This document shows positions 58,201-60,865 of a stretch of DNA of 60,865 bases, piece after piece (positions within the stretch are counted from its first letter, which is position 1; the number at the start of each line of letters is the position of its first letter). A model generated the notes under the pieces. That model was not told the origin of the DNA, did not search any database, and worked only from the letters and a program-made list of their open reading frames with translations. The translations under genes and the position numbers were made by a program. Origin of the DNA: a virus (taxonomy: Duplodnaviria; Caudoviricetes); the IMG/VR virus record IMGVR_UViG_3300025093_001645, positions 1-60,865 of that record, one strand, 5' to 3'.

Positions 58201-60865
58201 TTCAACATCCTCGTATGGAGTGATTTCAAGAATTTTAAACAAACAGCATACAGCTAGAGGAGAATTTTTTAAGTCTTCTGCTTCTGATGTTGTTGAGAGA
58301 AAAAATATTTATGCTTTTAAACAAAATCTACCGGAAGTCATAAACACAGATGATCAAGTCAGGGTTGTTGATTTTGAAGGAGAAATATTTACACGAGAAT
58401 CTAGGCCTATAGAATACTTCTATGCATTTGAGAAAAGCATGTATAGAGCAGTATCAGAAGATATGATTAATCTCTTTGCTACTCTTAAAGATTTTCATAG
58501 TTTAATAGGTAGCCCTGTTAACAGATATCGTTACGAATACAAGGATATTGAGAAAATTAGACAACTTTTCTTTCAAAGAGTAAGCAATATTCCTGATTTA
58601 GATAAGTTTCTAGAATACTACAAATGGATTGATTTGAGCATAACAGGTATGCTTGATCATTTGATACCAGCAACGGCACAATTCGCACCTATGGCAAGAG
58701 ATATTATCGAAAGCCATATATTAGAAAGAAATAAATATCAAAATAAATTTCCTATTGTTGAACACAAAGATCTAACTGATTTAGAATCGCCTTTCACAGC
58801 TGACCCAGGTCAAGTTGAGCATCTTCATGGTAATCCTACTGTATCTTTTGAAAAAATAAATATGCATCAAGGCGCCGGCCAAGGCCAAAGTAGCTTTATG
58901 GCTGGTGGTAATGATAAGACTAATTATTTTACATGGCAAATTGGCTCTTTCTGGAAATCAAACCCAACAGATCCAACATCGACATCTCCAACAGAACAAA
59001 GAAAAGATCCATTGTGGTGGCGTTCGAGAGCTGATAGAACTGAATCACCTATTAGTTCAGGCGATCCAACAATTGATGCACAAAGAAATCAAATTAGAGA
59101 TATTATTTCCGGAAAGAATACACGTTTTGCGGGCCATGGCAAAATAAGAATTAAGAAAGCTTTTACACCAAATGATCTCAACAGCTTGAATTTAGATTTC
59201 ACAAGAACAGCCCTTAACAAGGATGGTACTCAAAAAACAATAACAATTAATAATACGTATGAAGAAATTGATATTGATAGAACTGAAATTAACAAAATAA
59301 ATCCCAAGACTCAATTGGTTAATTTGCAAACTGTTGTCTCGGCGACACAAAATGAAAATCATTTAGCAAAAACAATTGCTCCATTTGTTATTTATTCATC
59401 ATCTAATCGCGGTGGATATAGTGTTTCTTTAGATCCATTTTTATCCGGTGCACAGATAGAACATAACCATTTAGATGGATATGGTAATTTTAAAAATTCT
59501 CCTCTACAGGGACCATTTGCTGAAAGATGGGTTGGAGGAATGCCGCACAGACATCAGCCAATAGTGCAGACTACTGAGTATCTCAACTTTGTTGACAACC
59601 GATCCGAATTATATAATCTACAAATAGAAACAGGCTCGATTGTATTAAAAAATAGAGAAACAACGCAGGCAGAATCAAAATACTATAGAGATTCAATAGC
59701 TAAGCGCCCGGTTGTCTTGAATAACATAAAAACAAGAACAGGGTCTTATAATGCGACAACAAATACATTAGAATTAGAAACTCTTGGAAATTATACTAAT
59801 AATTATGAAGTCATACAAACAGTTGGAACTAATGCCCAAAGAACCTGGCTTAAAGAAAATTCCAATGCATTAACGCAAAATACCGCAGAGATTTTAAATC
59901 TCATAGGAAATTACGACTACAATACATATCCTGATCGAGATTCTAGTCAAAAAAGTGTAACGTTTAACGACAGATTCTCGGCAGTCAAGAGTCCTCAAGC
60001 ATCTGCACTTGGCTTTTTAGACCCGGCGTCGCATACATTTTCAGTGTATAATACTATAAATCTTAGAAACACAACTGTTCGTCTAGGTAATGGTTTACAA
60101 TACACGTCCTCTTCAGACTATGAGCACATATTATTTAGAACAATTACTGCTAGTCAGCCATTGAATTCTCTCTGGAGAGACCATATGGGAAGTTATGGAT
60201 ACAATGGAATAATAACAGACATTCCATCATACCATAAGATAAACGGTAATCGCAAGCTAAGACTACAGTCAAGTGGTGGTACAGTAATAACACAATCCGT
60301 CTATGATAATGGATTTATACAGCACGCAATTCCTCAAAGTGACCGCCAGTACAGATGGATTTATGATTCTTTAGAGTCTGGCAGTACTCCTTTTGGATAT
60401 ATTACAAATACTTCGTCAGCGACATTTCAGACGATTGGAGAAGTTTCTGCGGGGAATATATACGCAGATTTTGTAGGACTGAATACATTAATTTACGATC
60501 CCACAAACATTGATACAAATACCATAGGATCTTCTACTGGAGATTATATCAATACTTCATTAGCATCTATTCCTTCTATGGCATCTGGTGGCCTTAATGC
60601 TCTATTGCTACACAGGAATGGGCCCTATGGAGATGCAACGTGGAGACAAATTAGGCAACACGATAATCCGATAGTTAGACTTCACAGACAAAACAATATA
60701 TTCTCTGCAATCACTAGACAATCCACACAGCAGTTTAAGACAAGAATAAAAGGCTTAGCACCAAAGTATAAAAATGATCTTGAGTTTAAGAATATTCGAA
60801 TGCCAGTGATTGTTGATAGCAATAATAGTTTAAAACTATCGCTAATGCTAAATCAAACTAATCGT
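55253..60865 (+). CDS. 3'-truncated large baseplate protein with LamG-like domain(s) and a gp7/GpI-like KGT motif (not in ORF track)
   Basis: GTG at 55253 overlaps the TAG, with SD AGGAG. It reads MPIFDIDNGLG...; TVEFWMKK...SWHHYAVTF...KLYVDG...FDEFRYW (LamG) and IYNNLIHINKTKGTEKSFRNLLRCIG. The frame appears open to the window end. Confidence 0.85.
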   Translation, partial: MPIFDIDNGLGAPIDKGTGKTTYVGGHGNNASLIGDGYVDDSTHHKTISYNPQKLFTVGSGTVANVYNQEAESIDTIALTNLKESRFIPHVDFGTASNFVKFGSAKKYYEDSYKRIYNFYPYDGSKKEKIEWEVSSSYLDNYIFDYVYPRTNGYVKIGTNSSYTGAPSANFSLLSSSIPEYIYIKGGPNADPNANFKNSIGSGPSSNFLSKANYYNANDNRQSNLKLDPSVGATVEFWMKKSAWISEALERQETLFHLVNLGTTGGVDRGDFRIFCYGTDPDKIFMTFTSGTFSQQYSASSGLTDIADDSWHHYAVTFVHNETNSTAMKLYVDGTCVNTDVVTSILPAEINGALVATIGANVAPSYENGVGSGGDIGWGKVLSSSFDEFRYWKRERSAKQIGRFYIDQINGGTNTDTSNTDLGVYYKFNEGITNTSVDATVLDYSGRISNGAWVGYTSGARSTGSAMIESSATTIEFRDPIIYDFHPDVQSTLADLATKGDFYDNYNTSALINNIPGWIREQDSEEARGLENLIQILATYLDTLYLQIEALPTLKNKDYIREREKPYFFNQKLLSDVGFNVEEILTDNSLFSYAFNRDEQILFQEKLYDVKNQIYKNIYNNLIHINKTKGTEKSFRNLLRCIGIDEEIVRLNTYANGQGQILETSYRKINSKRKYADFYNNLTASVYSYRDASNPNSTGYISASNSADGFDNIAPYTVECEVIFPRYPDETSYEKLFRRNSPPFSELSSSIFGKHGVVDSQTDTSWRTGDTSGFQTYAVRTSALDANAGVRFVLNAPGATASLESPVFEDVYQNSKWNFAVSLTPAGYPFANLVSGTVSSTSASVITYEGYNVLENQILNSFKVSGTINNVSGMFNTSTRLYAGAHRQDFTGSVLKSSDIYVTNVKYWMSKLDSETVKAHAIDDENYGSLHPYQNTFLFETGTLSSVEVPNMASLALNWNFDTVQTSSASGRFNVVDFSYGNSSTSSYGVISRILNKQHTARGEFFKSSASDVVERKNIYAFKQNLPEVINTDDQVRVVDFEGEIFTRESRPIEYFYAFEKSMYRAVSEDMINLFATLKDFHSLIGSPVNRYRYEYKDIEKIRQLFFQRVSNIPDLDKFLEYYKWIDLSITGMLDHLIPATAQFAPMARDIIESHILERNKYQNKFPIVEHKDLTDLESPFTADPGQVEHLHGNPTVSFEKINMHQGAGQGQSSFMAGGNDKTNYFTWQIGSFWKSNPTDPTSTSPTEQRKDPLWWRSRADRTESPISSGDPTIDAQRNQIRDIISGKNTRFAGHGKIRIKKAFTPNDLNSLNLDFTRTALNKDGTQKTITINNTYEEIDIDRTEINKINPKTQLVNLQTVVSATQNENHLAKTIAPFVIYSSSNRGGYSVSLDPFLSGAQIEHNHLDGYGNFKNSPLQGPFAERWVGGMPHRHQPIVQTTEYLNFVDNRSELYNLQIETGSIVLKNRETTQAESKYYRDSIAKRPVVLNNIKTRTGSYNATTNTLELETLGNYTNNYEVIQTVGTNAQRTWLKENSNALTQNTAEILNLIGNYDYNTYPDRDSSQKSVTFNDRFSAVKSPQASALGFLDPASHTFSVYNTINLRNTTVRLGNGLQYTSSSDYEHILFRTITASQPLNSLWRDHMGSYGYNGIITDIPSYHKINGNRKLRLQSSGGTVITQSVYDNGFIQHAIPQSDRQYRWIYDSLESGSTPFGYITNTSSATFQTIGEVSAGNIYADFVGLNTLIYDPTNIDTNTIGSSTGDYINTSLASIPSMASGGLNALLLHRNGPYGDATWRQIRQHDNPIVRLHRQNNIFSAITRQSTQQFKTRIKGLAPKYKNDLEFKNIRMPVIVDSNNSLKLSLMLNQTNR

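Noticed and set aside
58905-59147. 80-aa ORF listed in the track
   Set aside because: It is out of frame within the large ORF starting at 55253.
1-60865. Stop-codon reassignment (TAG or TGA), as seen in some large phages
   Set aside because: Genes are long and intact in the standard code, and TAA, TAG and TGA all end genes at tight junctions.

Overview
This AT-rich, densely coding window looks like part of a very large (jumbo-type) contractile-tailed dsDNA phage using the standard genetic code. I found no rRNA, tRNA, CRISPR array, integrase or IS element. 1-24 kb is an accessory or head-associated region. It holds many small ORFs, a thermonuclease, Nudix and HAD hydrolases, a tubulin/FtsZ-family GTPase, a Cys-rich vWA lipoprotein and a small protein resembling myxobacterial CglF/GltF. 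It also holds a family of otherwise unrelated enzymes that share short N-terminal tags (MKLIFENWRxYLxE or MKITxxxLxxIIKEE). 24-38 kb holds a trypsin-like lipoprotein, PIN-PhoH, a Cas4-like nuclease, four glycosyltransferases, a WbpB/WbpE/WbpD/WbpI-like nucleotide-sugar pathway and a gp55-like sigma factor. 38-61 kb is a baseplate module: a gp5-like lysin and spike, a 3071-aa giant protein, gp25, gp6-like wedge, and a LamG/gp7-like ORF that is missing from the supplied track and runs off the window. Two promoter classes are visible: sigma70-like, and a recurrent CTANTTA motif. All family calls come from motif recognition by eye; no searches were run.
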